A DNA stretch of 36,014 bases from assembly GCA_002633005.1 (NCBI GenBank), contig NMRA01000152.1:665558-701571 (forward strand). Direction: 5' to 3'. Below the pieces are notes generated by a model that was not told the DNA's origin, did not search any database, and saw only the letters and a program-made list of their open reading frames with translations. The first letter of the stretch is position 1. Each line of letters begins with the position of its first letter. Shown in pieces: positions 1-12,279 of this stretch. The stretch comes from Phoronis australis (lineage: Eukaryota; Animalia; Phoronida). The position numbers were made by a program, and so were the translations under genes.

Positions 1-717
1 TACGGTACTGATTTTGATGAAAACAAAAACGATAAGAAAATCCACAATCTAGTCTATGACCAGAACTTTATTTCCTCCAGGTCAGCGATCCGAAATACCA
101 AAAACCAAAATTAAATTTTCTCCCAAAATCTTTAAAGTAATGCCATTTACTCCTTTGAGAGCAAATAAGACCGCATGTGCCTCTGATATGCTCTCTGATT
201 CGACGTGAGTCCTTGGAGAAGTTCCTCTAGTGTTTCACGTTTAAGAAGCACATCAAACTGAAATAGTTGTCTTAAGCTGCACTTCCTTAAGTAAAAGCCA
301 CGTTTCTTGAACTAAAGCTGTATTATGCCATGTTTAGGTCGCGATAATGCGACAATCGAATTAGGACTTTTACTCTCATAAAATGGATCCCATAATATTC
401 CTTACCGTGATATTGTTCTATTTCCGTTACCAATAATAACACTGAAACCGTCATTGACTTATGAAAATGCTTCAGAATTTACTGAGGTTGGCCAATCTTA
501 AATTTGCGGATTTGAAAATGCCACGTTGCCTGTGACTCCCGATGCCGACTCATTCGACAAAAATTCAAGATCAGATTGGCGTCGTAATATTTTAAAACCC
601 TGAAAGCGCTTCGGTTAAGAATTAAACTTTGGCAGCAAAAATAATGAACGATCGAGATTTGGAATAGACCATCACATTATGCGTGTGTGTGTAACCCTGT
701 ATGTGTATTGTACTTAC

Positions 718-3700
718 TTTCGCACCATTGTCCCAGAAATCCTTGTTTACAAACACAGTGACACGTGGCGCTATTAACAGTACCACAGTTCTCACAGTCG
801 GCTTTGCATTCTAAAACGAGATATTCGAAATACTACATATACATTAAAGACAATTTACACATCGTTTTACTGTAGTTCAAAATTCATAAACCAGGTTTTA
901 GGGCAAACCAGTTTAGTCAAAGCGTATTTCAAATAATGTTCTTTCAACATGATATAATTTCTTTCAAAATCAACAAAATTTAATAGATTTTAGTTCGGTA
1001 ACGCGCAGTAGTGAGTAGTGTCCACATAACAAAATGTCGGGTATCTTGCTGACGACAGTTGCAGCGCTGCCATTTTTACATGGGAGTGCTACGCAGGAAC
1101 GAAAGGATTAAGGCCCACGAAGTATGTATGTGGTATACACACGATAGCTTCACACGGAGATTGACGAATATTGCACCGAAAGACTTTGGAAAAAACGGCT
1201 TGCAGGGGCTATGATGCATATTTTATCATCGTTCACTGAAGCAGGCGTTTTAGTGCATAGGTAACTCAGTATCATGTTAGTCAGGAAATAATTGTTTCTA
1301 ATTGTAGAATGTCCATTCATTCATTACGTAATCATTATTTCGTTTCACTGAATATCATTTTTTCTTAAGTCGACTTTGTCATTTACCTTCCTTGCAAATT
1401 TTCACTAATACGATGTTACAAGTAACCTGAACCTACATGTATGTCCCATTCAGCGACCAATATACTCACCGCAACCTTTCACGCCATCCTTCTCGCAATT
1501 TCCTAAAAGATAACGACACAATTTACAATATGTAACACAGGGCCTAGTCAAAAGTGAATAATCTTTTATACTAATACTACTGGGAATTTATGATAGTAAG
1601 CCTCTGCCATTTTACTCCACAAATCACTTCAGTGTAGAATATCTGATACCGAATTAAAGCGCCTCTCAAGTTATCTTCATCACAGCCAACAGTATATCAA
1701 TTACAGTACAATAACCACAGCTCATCTCTGTTTCAAATCACAACAGGTGGGCTCAAGATTACCCTAGGTCCACTGCTGCTCTTAATATATGCCAATGCTT
1801 TACACTTCTTTATCAATGTGACTGTTCTGATGTACTATCAGGACACTCTCTCACAACACTTCTGCACATAAACGTGAGGAGTTATATTATCAATTACTCT
1901 ACACTTCTTAATACGAAGATCTCACTTCTAAATGAGTAGCTAGCAGTCAACAAACTACGATAACGCTCTTTAAAAAGTGCTACGCGTTCCGAGTACGTGT
2001 GTGGTGTGGGGACTTAGATCACGAGGTAAGATTAACCGCCCAGGGCGGTTGCTTGTCGTAATAAGCGCCCACGTTCGGTTAACCGCCCACCATGAATTTC
2101 TTGAAATTTCACGTTTAAGCGCCCATGTCTGGTTAACCGCCCACCCCCTATTTTTTGGGTTTGCCAATTTAACCGCCTAGGGCGTTAACCCGAACGTTTA
2201 CTGTAGCCTTACACTCTTCCAAAACCAAATACATATGCTTTCTTTTCAGTCATCCACGAAAACACATTACTAATGAAAACATTTCAAAATTAACAATTTT
2301 GCTAAAACAAAGACCCATATTATCATCTTCAATTTTCTGGGGATGCACTCAGATAACCACCTCACTTTTAGCAAACACCTTCAAGAAATATCGAATAAGA
2401 CCCCAAAAACATGTGGAATCTTATCAAAACTTTGAAAGTACATTTTCTAAAACACATTCTATATTTGATACACAAATCACTTTTGTTACTCCATCTGGCG
2501 TGGCCAGGTACTTGCCATTTTCAAAAAATTCCACAGTAAAATGTAGTCAGTAACAGACACATGTAACACTCTTTTCATTTATTAAATTCTGTGAATCTCT
2601 GTTTGAATGACTTGTTTAAACTATCCCGTTTCAAATTTTAGCTTGACGAGATGAAATTGGCCAAGTGTATTACTCTAACTTACGGTGAGTTAACTTGCTT
2701 GCTAGATCGCCCGATGCCTACTGTATTGTTTTTGATTGAAATCGGACACAGGAGAGCACAGCAACGGTCATTTTTTAATTTAAGATTTTCGGAGCAATTT
2801 TAAATCAAGGAAATTGTCATAACTAGAGTCTAATCACAAGAGCACTCGTGGAGATTGACATAACCATATCCAACGTTTCGGTTTATTACAAACAAACCAT
2901 CTTCAGGGAGAAGTAGTACGATATGTGTATGTCCGTTTTCACGTGAGCTTGTGTTAAGACTCTTACTACCAAAAAAGCAATATTGAAAGTTTGTCATTTA
3001 AATGATTACAATTTATTTTAGGAGAGCTCTATTAATTTCGTCGAAGAGTTATCGAGTCATTAGTCCTTGCTACTATGTATATTCATGACTCAACACAAAC
3101 TGCAGCAACTTTGACTGACGCAGAAGACGTCGAGATTCTATTGTATTTTTGCTGTAATTCCTGTTGTCATGAATTATTCGTGACAAGGGACATTTTCCAA
3201 AAACAGATAAAAATAAAGGTTACAGAGGTCGTCGACTGATTGAAGATGTCGCTGTTAGCCAACTAATCTTACAGGATAAGTTATATCTCTTACTGCAAAG
3301 TCCTTTGTCGCAGAAAGATCCAGGTTGACATCGTGAGCACACTTCTCCTTTCAAATAAGGGCGCGTATTTACTAGATTGCCCCTGGAAAAACGTACGTAC
3401 GTGTCAAGGAGGTTGAATAAATGCTCATAACTTGAACTCTTAGATGGTAAATACGTTTGTACATTTACAAAAACATTACCTTTAAAAACGTCTCTGGTCA
3501 ATCTTTGACTTATTCTTGCTTATTGGAAATGATATTTTGAACATTTTAGTCAATTTTCACGACAATAAAGTCGTTGAAAATAGGATTTCCTCGAAACGGA
3601 AGTACGGCGCAGCCAGCAAGTTCCGAAAACGCCAGCAGCTGTGTTATTGCGCTATTCCCCTCTTGTGCTCAATGACCAAGCCGCCCGCCAGTTTTCAATC

Positions 3701-6700
3701 CCAGTTCCATTTGCCATTTGACTTGAGTAATGGATGCTTGTTATGAAAGTAGTTTTTCACGTAACAAAGTGGAATTTGTATAGCTGGACAAAATCGTTTC
3801 AGGTCTTACTTGATAAACAAAAGGGACACTAACCCGGTCTGCTAAAAAAAACTTTTGATTGACGTCACGACGTACCGGTACAAAACCAGTCTCTTCTTAT
3901 TCCGCACTAGGATTAAAAGTGCTTCAGACCAGGGTAAAGTTCAAGACAGCTGTCTTCTGACGAGAAAAATCTAGCTAACTGAAAATCACGTGCTTTCATA
4001 CCGCGATATCTTGAACAATCTCGCGGGATCTTGCTTTTATAACGTTATTCAACTCGACCCCTGCCCACTGATTGCTTGTCACGGCGTCTTAGTTTCTGTA
4101 GTTGCCAAAGTAGCATGGTCGGTTTTCAGGGGAATTCCAGTCAGAAACCAGAGTAGAGTTCAGTAAAAGGCGCTAGGACCTCGCTAAAGACAAAGCTTCG
4201 CGAGATAACATGTATTGCCGTGTATTTCAAATGAGAGCATGTGATTTTGGCTAGATTTTAGCGAGGTACCAGCGTAGATCCTAGCGTTACTGAACTCTAC
4301 CCAGTGCTATTCACATGTTGGCTCGTCTTCCTTTTGAGATCGGCGGTTCAAAGAGAAACTTGGAATGTGCTATTTCACAGTTGTTTCAAAACACACCTTG
4401 ATTATAATATAATCACCCTCTGTTATGTTCGAACATGTTTTCGTCATAAGAATTCGTAACTCCAAATTAAATAAATTTGTCATAAAAATGTCCACTTGAA
4501 ACACACAACGCCCCCGTCTGTTTTCAGTTTCCGGCAGAAAAATCTCGAAGTCGACTCCTGTTTCCAAATATGGAGTGGCGGATTTAGGGGGTGGGGGCAA
4601 GGAGGCCATGGCCCCCCAACAATTCTACCAGATATCGTTTAGCGGGTGCGAATTTGCTGACTAGCACATGCGGGCAACCAGGGGGGCTAGGGTATAAATA
4701 AACAATGCGTAGTCCCTGAACAAACCCCGTTTTTTTTTTAGTCAAAAGGTACGCAAACTTGAAAATTCGAGACCCCTGCATCCCTACAGTTTAGGCTGGG
4801 CGCGCGCGTCTGCCGAAATTCTGGTTATTTCTGTGCCCTGCCCCCCAACTCAAAATCCTGGATCCGCCCCTGAAATGGCATACATATTAAACTAGGTCAG
4901 TAGATTAACTTCTGACACCTTTTCTCAAATCACGCGCTTAACTTTATGGCAGAGGACTCAGTGATAAAATAGCTTCAAGAATAAAACATTTGTCTGGAAC
5001 ATGCTGACATTTCCGCATGTACTGCATAAATTTTACATTTGTTGCCTTTTTCTGAGCCTGGCCTCTTTTTCAGCTGTAGTGATGGGGCGAAAAATCATTT
5101 AGAATAAAGATACTTTGATCATATGCAGCGTTTCATGGTGAAATGAATCGCAACGTTTCACTTTGTTAGTTGAGTTTTTTTACAAAATTGAAAAAGGTGT
5201 GCACTGCCAGGCAAAACCCAACGAGAACTGTTCAATGCCTCAAAATGCGCGTGACTTACGGAGGTCCGTAATGACACACCAAATAATTCCCATCTCCCCA
5301 TGGCTTTCCTGCACTCGTTTCGTAAAGCGGGGTGCAACGGACGAATGCACACCCAAGATACTTCGATTTCGCCCATACTACCTACAATACACAAAAGGTA
5401 GAATGATCCACTATCAACAAGGGGTAACACTTCGTTTGACTATATTCAAGTTTTGTAATTTCGGTCATGATAAGGCACGTCCATGTTGAGTGGATGGAGG
5501 CTATAGTTCTAATAATTGTCATGTAATTGTCTAATCATACTGTAAGTACACTGACGATCTACGTGCATTGGCATGATACCATCTGCAATCGACAGATGTC
5601 AACTTCTCAAAATATTACCTCGTCAGTAAATGGTCTGAAGTGCGCTCGCTGTAATGTGCGATCGATTTTTGCTAAATAATGGGATGAAAATGGACTTTTA
5701 TTGCCAAACGTCAAAATTAATGCTTACTTGTGTGTAATGGCCGCAGACTTCTCCGCAGCTATGATCGCCATGTCCGTAGTGAATCTTTTCGTTGTACCAT
5801 TTCTGTGCAGTAACTAAGGGGTTTGTGCTGGACGAGTGCACGCCCAGGTTTTGTCCCACCACCTGCCATGATACGTTTGACTTTTGACCTGTGTACCCGC
5901 CCCTATTTCCGCCATGCTCATAATCACACTTGATTGCCCACGCCCGTGCTTGTTCCTCCAACCCGTCNTGCCCACTGCGACTCCGTTTTCGTCGTCTGCT
6001 CCACTGTGCAATGAAGAAAATTTACTTCATTTTTTAAAGAGAATGGAACCTGAGTGACGATGAAAAAACAGAAGCTGCTGGTAAGATGTGAATTTTAACC
6101 GAAGCCTTAGTGAATCACTCAGAAACTCGCAATACTCTCTTTGTCAAACCTTATCTTAAGACGATTTCCAAAGCAATCCCGTCATTATTACCAACACGAA
6201 AAACGGATTTGTTCTTTCGGTCATTTGAAGACTATTTTAAATACGACAAATTTGTTAACAATTCATGGCACAAAATATAAAACGTGTAATAAGCATTATG
6301 AAAAGAAGTAGGCTCCGCGCGCAAACGCTGTGGACCATAAACAAATAGGTCTTTTAGTATGTGATTTGTAGTTAATCGTGGTGGTGTAGTGGTAACGCAC
6401 GCGTTCACTATCCGCCAGGTCGTGAGTTCGAGTCTGTGGTACGGTCAGTTTTTCCTGTTTGACACGTTCTCCGTGTTTTTTTCCCTTTTTTTTCTTGGAT
6501 AATACTTCAGGAATCAAGGAAAATGCTTGATTTTTAGAGGTAAAAACAGAAAAATTTCCTGAGCGGGAGGGGGGGTTTGCCCCCCTCCCGCTCCCCCCAT
6601 TCGGTGCTATNGCCCCCCCTTGTGATATCCTAGATCCGCCACTGTTCCAATTGATTTTTGGCTAGGTCTATTTCATGATGTTTCCACACAGTTTGAGAAG

Positions 6701-7681
6701 AAACGTTGCTTTCGCAGTCAGAACCAGCAACCGTCAGTAGACGATCATGCGCCGATATTTCGAAGACAAACTTAAAAATAATTAAGCGTGCAGAAGGAGG
6801 GGAGAGAGCTTGGGGGCAGTGTGGGGCATTCACATCGGGGAGGCATCCAGGCAGACACAATGAATACATTTTTTTGGAACTGTGACTGATTTGTAGTTAA
6901 ATGTGATAAAGTTTCATCTTCTTCACTTCTCTTAGTATTAGGGTCCATGCATTTGAGCAGGGAGAGAGACATCCTATGAAAACTCGCCTCGGGCATCATC
7001 AAACCTCTAAACACCATTTAAATCTTGATTGGCTAATGTAACATTGTATATTTTATACATGAAAGACAGCAGACACAACACTTAGGTTAAATTCATGGTC
7101 ACACTCACTGATTTTTCGTGAAAACGAAACGGGGGACGCTTCAATGAAAACAAGTGGAGAAGTAAGAAGTTGAATTTCCTTTACTTTGAGAGCTCATCTC
7201 ATATGTATTGCCTCTACATTTATGATACTGTCATGATGTAAATTTGATCAAAACAATTGCCTATTCAGCTATGAATTTAATATTTGAAAGTTGACACCTT
7301 TTTGTTACTAGTCTAGTAACCAAAAAGAAAATTAACAGAAAGTAAACAAATACTTATTAGATAAATTTTCATACTAGTGAAGTCTGCCATGTATTTTATT
7401 ATATAATCCTGGGTCATATACAATAAAACCTGTAAGTGAACGACAATTTGTATAAACGTTACCATATATTCCATATTGGCTGCTTCCTCGTCTCGCCTGG
7501 ACGATATGTGGAAGTCCAAAATGTCTTGTTTCATTTTAGGCGTCATCAAATCTACTGTCTCGCGCTTAACTCGTTCTGATCGAGCCCTCCATGGAATGTG
7601 AAACCAGTCAAGAAGAGGCAAAACTCCGTACGACTCTTTTATAAAAATGACGGAAGCTAGAACAAATAGCAGCTCTTTCAT
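718..7681 (-). CDS. Secreted CAP (SCP/CRISP/PR-1) domain protein with Cys-rich hinge and EGF-like module (GLIPR1/PI15/CLEC18-like); 3' end unresolved
   Basis: Exons 7681-7463, 6003-5728, 5381-5260, 3382-3294, 1502-1470, 810-718 with GT-AG ends and phases 0,0,2,1,1,1. Translation shows a signal peptide (MKELLFVLASVIFIKESYG), RVKR site, CAP motifs (ANMEYM, LEEQARAWAIKC, GQNL, WYNE, CGHYTQVVWA, LGCA, VCHYGPPGN, PYLKGEVCSRC) and EGF-like CKADCENCGTVNSATCHCVCKQGFLGQWCE. The exon 2 start is uncertain because of an N at 5968. Confidence 0.9.
2030..2205. mobile_element. Tc1/mariner-pogo-like MITE fragment
   Basis: Repeated TTAACCGCCC/TAAGCGCCC motifs ending in ...CGTTTACTG-TA. Confidence 0.55.
2869..2909 (-). 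ncRNA. Minimal type-I hammerhead ribozyme-like motif (Penelope-like element type)
   Basis: Minus strand reads tcc-CTGAAGA-t-ggtttgtt-tgt-aataaacc-GAAA-cgtt-gga: conserved cores, 8-bp stem II, palindromic ACGT instead of stem III, 3-bp stem I. Confidence 0.55.
3933..4060. mobile_element. Diverged, inverted copy of MITE family B
   Basis: cagGGTAAAGTTCAA...TTCAACTCGACCC; internal aaaatctag..aaaatcacgtgct is the reverse complement of the family B interior. Confidence 0.55.
4152..4301. mobile_element. Palindromic PIF/Harbinger-like MITE family B
   Basis: GTAGAGTTCAGTAA...TTACTGAACTCTAC inverted ends, CAG on both flanks; homologous to 13579-13710 and 7797-7937. Confidence 0.75.
4573..4872. mobile_element. 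Non-autonomous DNA transposon (hAT-like MITE family A, copy 1)
   Basis: Termini GAGTGGCGGATTTAG...CTGGATCCGCCCCTG; flanks atatg/aaatg; interior is homologous to 8330-9015 (aaaattcgagacccctgcatccctac shared). Confidence 0.8.
6375..6453 (+). pseudogene. tRNA-derived sequence (SINE head or tRNA pseudogene)
   Basis: A-box-like TGGTGTAGTGG (6382-6392), B-box-like GAGTTCGAGTC (6424-6434), T5 run at 6449-6453; no clean acceptor or anticodon stem. Confidence 0.55.
6562..6644. mobile_element. Solo terminus related to MITE family A, with a GC-rich hairpin
   Basis: CCTAGATCCGCCACTG at 6629-6644; hairpin gagcgggagggggg-gtttg-cccccctcccgctc; single N at 6611. Confidence 0.55.
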
Positions 7682-7724
7682 TATCGCTAATCAGTGCACC
7701 TTTGATTACACACACGTAACACAG

Positions 7725-7732
7725 TATTTATA
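7725..7732 (-). promoter_or_regulatory. TATA box of the CAP gene
   Basis: TATAAATA on the minus strand about 45-50 bp upstream of the ATG at 7681. Confidence 0.55.
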
Positions 7733-7796
7733 CGCTTTATGCGAGTGCGTCGACTTCGATTGCAAAATGTGTCGGACACAGCTTTCACCTGCCTCC

Positions 7797-7937
7797 CGTT
7801 CAGTAACGCTAAGACCTAGCTTAAAAGCAAGACTTTGCGAGATTACGCGAGATATTGCCGTGTATTTTAAATTAGAGCACGTGACCTTGACTAGCTTTAG
7901 GCTAGGTCCTAGCGTAGGTCCTAGCGTCTACTGAACG
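7797..7937. mobile_element. MITE family B copy upstream of the CAP gene
   Basis: CGTTCAGTA...TACTGAACG inverted ends; interior gcgagattacgcgagatattgccgtgtatt..gagcacgtga shared with the other copies. Confidence 0.7.
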
Positions 7938-8329
7938 CACGCCTGGACTTGTGAAAATACTCATTCGAATAATTCTAGTTCTTGTTGACAGTTTTTGAAG
8001 CGAACCTATTAGACCATCTGTTTATATTTCTGTATAAAAGCAGATTTGCGTGCCCTTCGTGATGGCCATGTTTGCTGCCTTCTAATCTCATCACAAAGTC
8101 AAAAACTGAGAAGGATCCCAAGATCATATTTATTAACAATGCCATTGTTGTCATCAATCACTATCATCATTCAAGAACACCCCCAGAAACGTTGATTTAA
8201 TCTCTTTTTAGCACCCACGCAAACATACTAAATGTTCTAAGCAAGTCATTCAGTCACTTCAGTTTTCGAAAACATTTTTTCGGTTTCATTTAGATTTTTG
8301 TAACCCTATTTTCGGCTCCCTAGCGGTGT

Positions 8330-9015
8330 CAGTGGCGGATTTAGNNNNNNNNNNNNNNNNNNNNNNNNNNNNNNNNNNNNNNNNNNNNNNNNNNNNNNNN
8401 NNNNNNNNNNNNNNNNNNNNNNNNNNNNNNNNNNNNNNNNNNNNNNNNNNNNNNNNNNNNNNNNNNNNNNNNNNNNNNNNNNNNNNNNNNNNNNNNNNNN
8501 NNNNNNNNNNNNNNNNNNNNNNNNNNNNNNNNNNNNNNNNNNNNNNNNNNNNNNNNNNNNNNNNNNNNNNNNNNNNNNNNNNNNNNNNNNNNNNNNNNNN
8601 NNNNNNNNNNNNNNNNNNNNNNNNNNNNNNNNNNNNNNNNNNNNNNNNNNNNNNNNNNNNNNNNNNNNNNNNNNNNNNNNNNNNNNNNNNNNNNNNNNNN
8701 NNNNNNNNNNNNNNNNNNNNNNNNNNNNNNNNNNNNNNNNNNNNNNNNNNNNNNNNNNNNNNNNNNNNNNNNNNNNNNNNNNNNGAATTGCTGAGTAACA
8801 TATGTGCGCACCCAGGGGGTTCGGGGGGGGGTGGGGGAGAATGCACAATGCATAGGTCTGAAACCTCGTTTACCATTTTTTCAGTAATAAGGTACACAAA
8901 CCCAAAAATTCGAGACCCCTGCATCCCTACCTTTTAGGCTGGGGGCGTGCATGTGGCGAAATACTGGTTATTCCTGTGCCCTGCCCCCTAACTCAAAACC
9001 TTGGATCCACCCCTG
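8330..9015. mobile_element. Non-autonomous DNA transposon (hAT-like MITE family A, copy 2, spans the assembly gap)
   Basis: CAGTGGCGGATTTAG...TTGGATCCACCCCTG termini with a perfect 5-bp flanking duplication GGTGT. Confidence 0.8.
8345..8784. other. Assembly gap (440 N)
   Basis: Run of N; additional single N at 5968, 6611 and 20045. Confidence 1.
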
Positions 9016-9501
9016 GGTGTAGTCTCGTTAACTATATTCTCGTCACACACACTTCTCCAACTGACATCTTCATGTCTCTATGTTCCTAGTTAGGCTACCG
9101 TTGCTTTTCACGCACAGTGTCACTATATTCTCTCGTCCCGGCCATCCCAAGTCTCAAAGTGCCTACGCCCCTATGTTCGATCTTTCCGATACATCGCCCG
9201 CGGATTGTTGCTAACCGGTTTCGTTATATTTACATTGGAGGGCCAGAAGATTTTTAATAGTCGGCTATTAAATCCAGTGGAAAAACTTTTGTTAGCCAGC
9301 AAACCATATTATTTGTTCGAGTAAACAAAGGCATCCTTCCCTGGAAGCAATTGAAGTATGACGAATCCAACAATTGCGCTTGTTCATGAAACTTCATAGT
9401 GGCGGCCTTCTCATTAGTGGGTAGACGAATTGTAAATCTATCGCCTTATCTAAAAGCGAAATTGTCTTTTATCCTTGATTAGCAATACTAGCACAACTAC
9501 T

Positions 9502-9667
9502 GGGGCCACAGCAGGACCAGTGTTCACATGGGGTCACAGCAGGGCCAATGTTCACATGGGGTCACATCAGGGCCAGTGTTCACATGGGGTCACAGCAGGG
9601 CCAGTGTTCACATGGGGTCACATCAGAATCAGTGTTTACATGGGGTCACAGCAAGGCTAGTGTTCAT
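9502..9667. repeat. 28-bp minisatellite, about 6 copies
   Basis: Unit GGGGTCACAGCAGGGCCAGTGTTCACAT at 9502, 9530, 9558, 9586, 9614, 9642. Confidence 0.95.
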
Positions 9668-9683
9668 TGCTAAAAGCTCCCCC

Positions 9684-9855
9684 GCGTCCCCTCTGTTCAT
9701 AGACAAGTGCCCCCAGGTGGCTAGACATTTAAATTGCCCGAAAAGTGTCGTCCGCTTGCACACTAATGCACGTGACGCACACCAGGAAGTCGTGCAGACA
9801 TTGAAGTAACGGGTGGATGGCTCACCAGGCTTGAAAAACTAAGCAGAGGGGACGC
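9684..9855. repeat. Inverted-repeat-bounded segment (probable MITE)
   Basis: GCGTCCCCTCTG (9684-9695) and CAGAGGGGACGC (9844-9855) form a perfect 12-bp inverted pair. Confidence 0.5.
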
Positions 9856-11030
9856 AAGGGTGCAGAAACATCGAATCCGAAATCATCAGGCAAGTTGGAT
9901 AGGAAAATAAAGAGGTTGAAGATTTAGGGACGAGTTCCTTTTTCATTTTGTGGTTGCACTAGGGTAATCAATTTATTTTCACAAAATACATTTTCCTTCA
10001 AAACAAAGTCAAATCACCATTGAATCCACAACATTCTAAAATTTGAGGATATTCTTTTTGGATGGTCAAAACCACAATATGTGTCACTTCCTGTCTAGTT
10101 TGATAAAACAGTAAGACTGGTCATTCTCTTTAATTTTATGGTTTACCATAATTTTGTAAAGTTAAAAATTCTCAAAGTATATCGAAAAACATAAGCATAA
10201 TATAAAAAATTAAAATTTTCTTTTAAAGAAAGTAAAAATGATCTGGAACAGTACGTAAATCTTTATCACCATCTCGTGTAGGCTAAATTTCACATTTTTT
10301 CAAATTTTTCCGTTTGCGCGTATAGAGGATTTATAAATGTGCTATGAAATTAACTGGCGTCATTTTCAGTTCGGTAATGCATAACTAAGAGTTTCAAGCT
10401 CAATAACAATAATTTAAAAATTGTTTGGAATGGTAGTTTCAAATTTCATCACCACGTGATTTCGCAACCAAGTCGATGGTCGTGTAAAATAAAGCTACAC
10501 ATATTTTACTGACTGAAACCCCTCATCACAGGCGGCTTCACGATGTCTTAATTTTTAGCTTTCATTATCGGCTTCATTCGTTTCTCATCTCACTTTGAAG
10601 TGCTCCATTTTGACCCGCCGAGGTTGCTCAACATTACTTTAATAGAACTTGACTTTTTCTCTTGCAGGCAATTTACACGGCAATTTTGCAAGAATGCATA
10701 TTGTCTTCTCAAATTTTAAGTAAATTTACCGTAATCTTAATAGATATAGCAAACCTCGACAGTTTCTTTGCAGTTCTCTCTAGTAAGCAATGATACCTAA
10801 ACGTATTATACCGTTTTAATGATGAATTAACTCTACCTCTCCCGGCCATGCGGTAATCATAGACCGAACTTGAGTTCTATACTGTAATGGAGTAACTAAA
10901 AGCGCCCTCTGTGTTTTTCGAATTACCTGTGGAAAATTCGTGGTCTCGGGTCTGGGATTTCATAGACCACACTTTTCGGCTAAATTGTTAAGAAACAGAT
11001 AATCAAGCATGCCAGACGAAACGAATAGTG

Positions 11031-11455
11031 TACCGGGGTTTTCCGTAGATAATCCCACTCGATGAAACGCCCATGGGCGTTTATTCGGAAAATCATGCCG
11101 AATAAAGGCCCATGGGCGTTTATTTCATGTTACAACTTCTGGAATCACGTGTCCAGATAGTGGGGCGTTTATGCGGAAATTTCTTCTAAAAAGCCCACTA
11201 AGCGTCAACTTTTAGTCACAAATTCAGTTTGTGGAGCATTCATCATTTATAAAAAGCAAACAAAGTGCTGGCGAACTTTGCATTTATTAACATAAAGTTT
11301 AAAAACATATTTTTAAGTAAAAAACGTCAAAGTCAGGAAACCCATGACTTTCCGTTTACGTGTACACCTTTTCCGAATAAACGCCCGGGTGCTTATATGG
11401 TGTTACTAAAACATTTGAAATTTTTCATTTTCCGAATCACACGCCCATGGGCTAA
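11031..11455. mobile_element. Tc1/mariner-pogo-like MITE fragment
   Basis: Starts TA-CCG; repeated CCGAATAAACGCCC / GGGCGTTTATTCGG motifs in both orientations. Confidence 0.55.
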
Positions 11456-12279
11456 TAAACTGAAAAAATCTCAAACGTCTGCATGCTACGAGTTCACTAG
11501 CAGTTTGCCCAAACATAATTATGTAAATGAGGAGACATCTGCTGTTAATCGATCAGTTTTCTTGTGTATGACTCAACCCTGGGATAATAAATAAGAAAAA
11601 TTGAACACATGCTTTAAAGTGCTCAGCATTTTTAATTTGACGGCTTGCATTTTGACGTGTATAATAATGAACGCATCGTGGTGTGTTGACTGACGATGAC
11701 TGGAACAAATATCAATGTTATTATTATATTCACTACGTAACAGCTGACGAAACGGTACGGGAAACTAGGTCGCAAGCTCGTCGCATAGATATCAGTAGAT
11801 AGGCGTATCTATTTTTCACTTTGATTTTCTTTCTAATATAAGAAAGATAATGGTGAGTATTTATCGGTAACCGGCTGATGCGTGACCAAGGTATGATATC
11901 CGTGCTACATGTGTTGTTATACCCAACAAAGGAAAACAATGGTTGCGTCCCATAGGCGATAACCATGCGACGCGCTTACGCCCGTCGTATGGATCTCGCA
12001 AGTTAAACAATATCGAAATCCATACGACATCATTTGGCATGGTCCTACCGGGAGAGCGGTGCTTTCGGCATTTGACGTTTTTTGTCGGCCCATCTTTGTT
12101 GTGTTGGAAAAATAGTTTATATACATATTATTCTATTAGTTTTGTACATTATTACTTAATCTTACAATAAACATCTTAACCACATTAAATTTCCCTTTAA
12201 GCAAATGCTATTGAATGAATAGACTGCGGCCTGGAGTCCTTTCGATCATTAACCCGGGATGACACATGCTCTTGTATAA

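Noticed and set aside
592-599. Terminal CAP exon (cag|GG TTT TAA) with AATAAA at 67-72
   Set aside because: Possible, but only two residues and a modest acceptor; the gene may equally continue beyond the window.
6375-6453. Functional tRNA gene
   Set aside because: A and B boxes are present but acceptor and anticodon stems do not pair.
8286-8937. Long ORFs of 170-212 aa
   Set aside because: Artefacts of the N run inside a MITE.
9502-9667. 28-bp repeats as a possible CRISPR array or repeat-protein ORF
   Set aside because: Head-to-tail units with no spacers, no cas genes and a eukaryotic context; a minisatellite.
11744-11775. CTGACGA...GAAA as a third hammerhead
   Set aside because: No credible stem II or stem I pairing.
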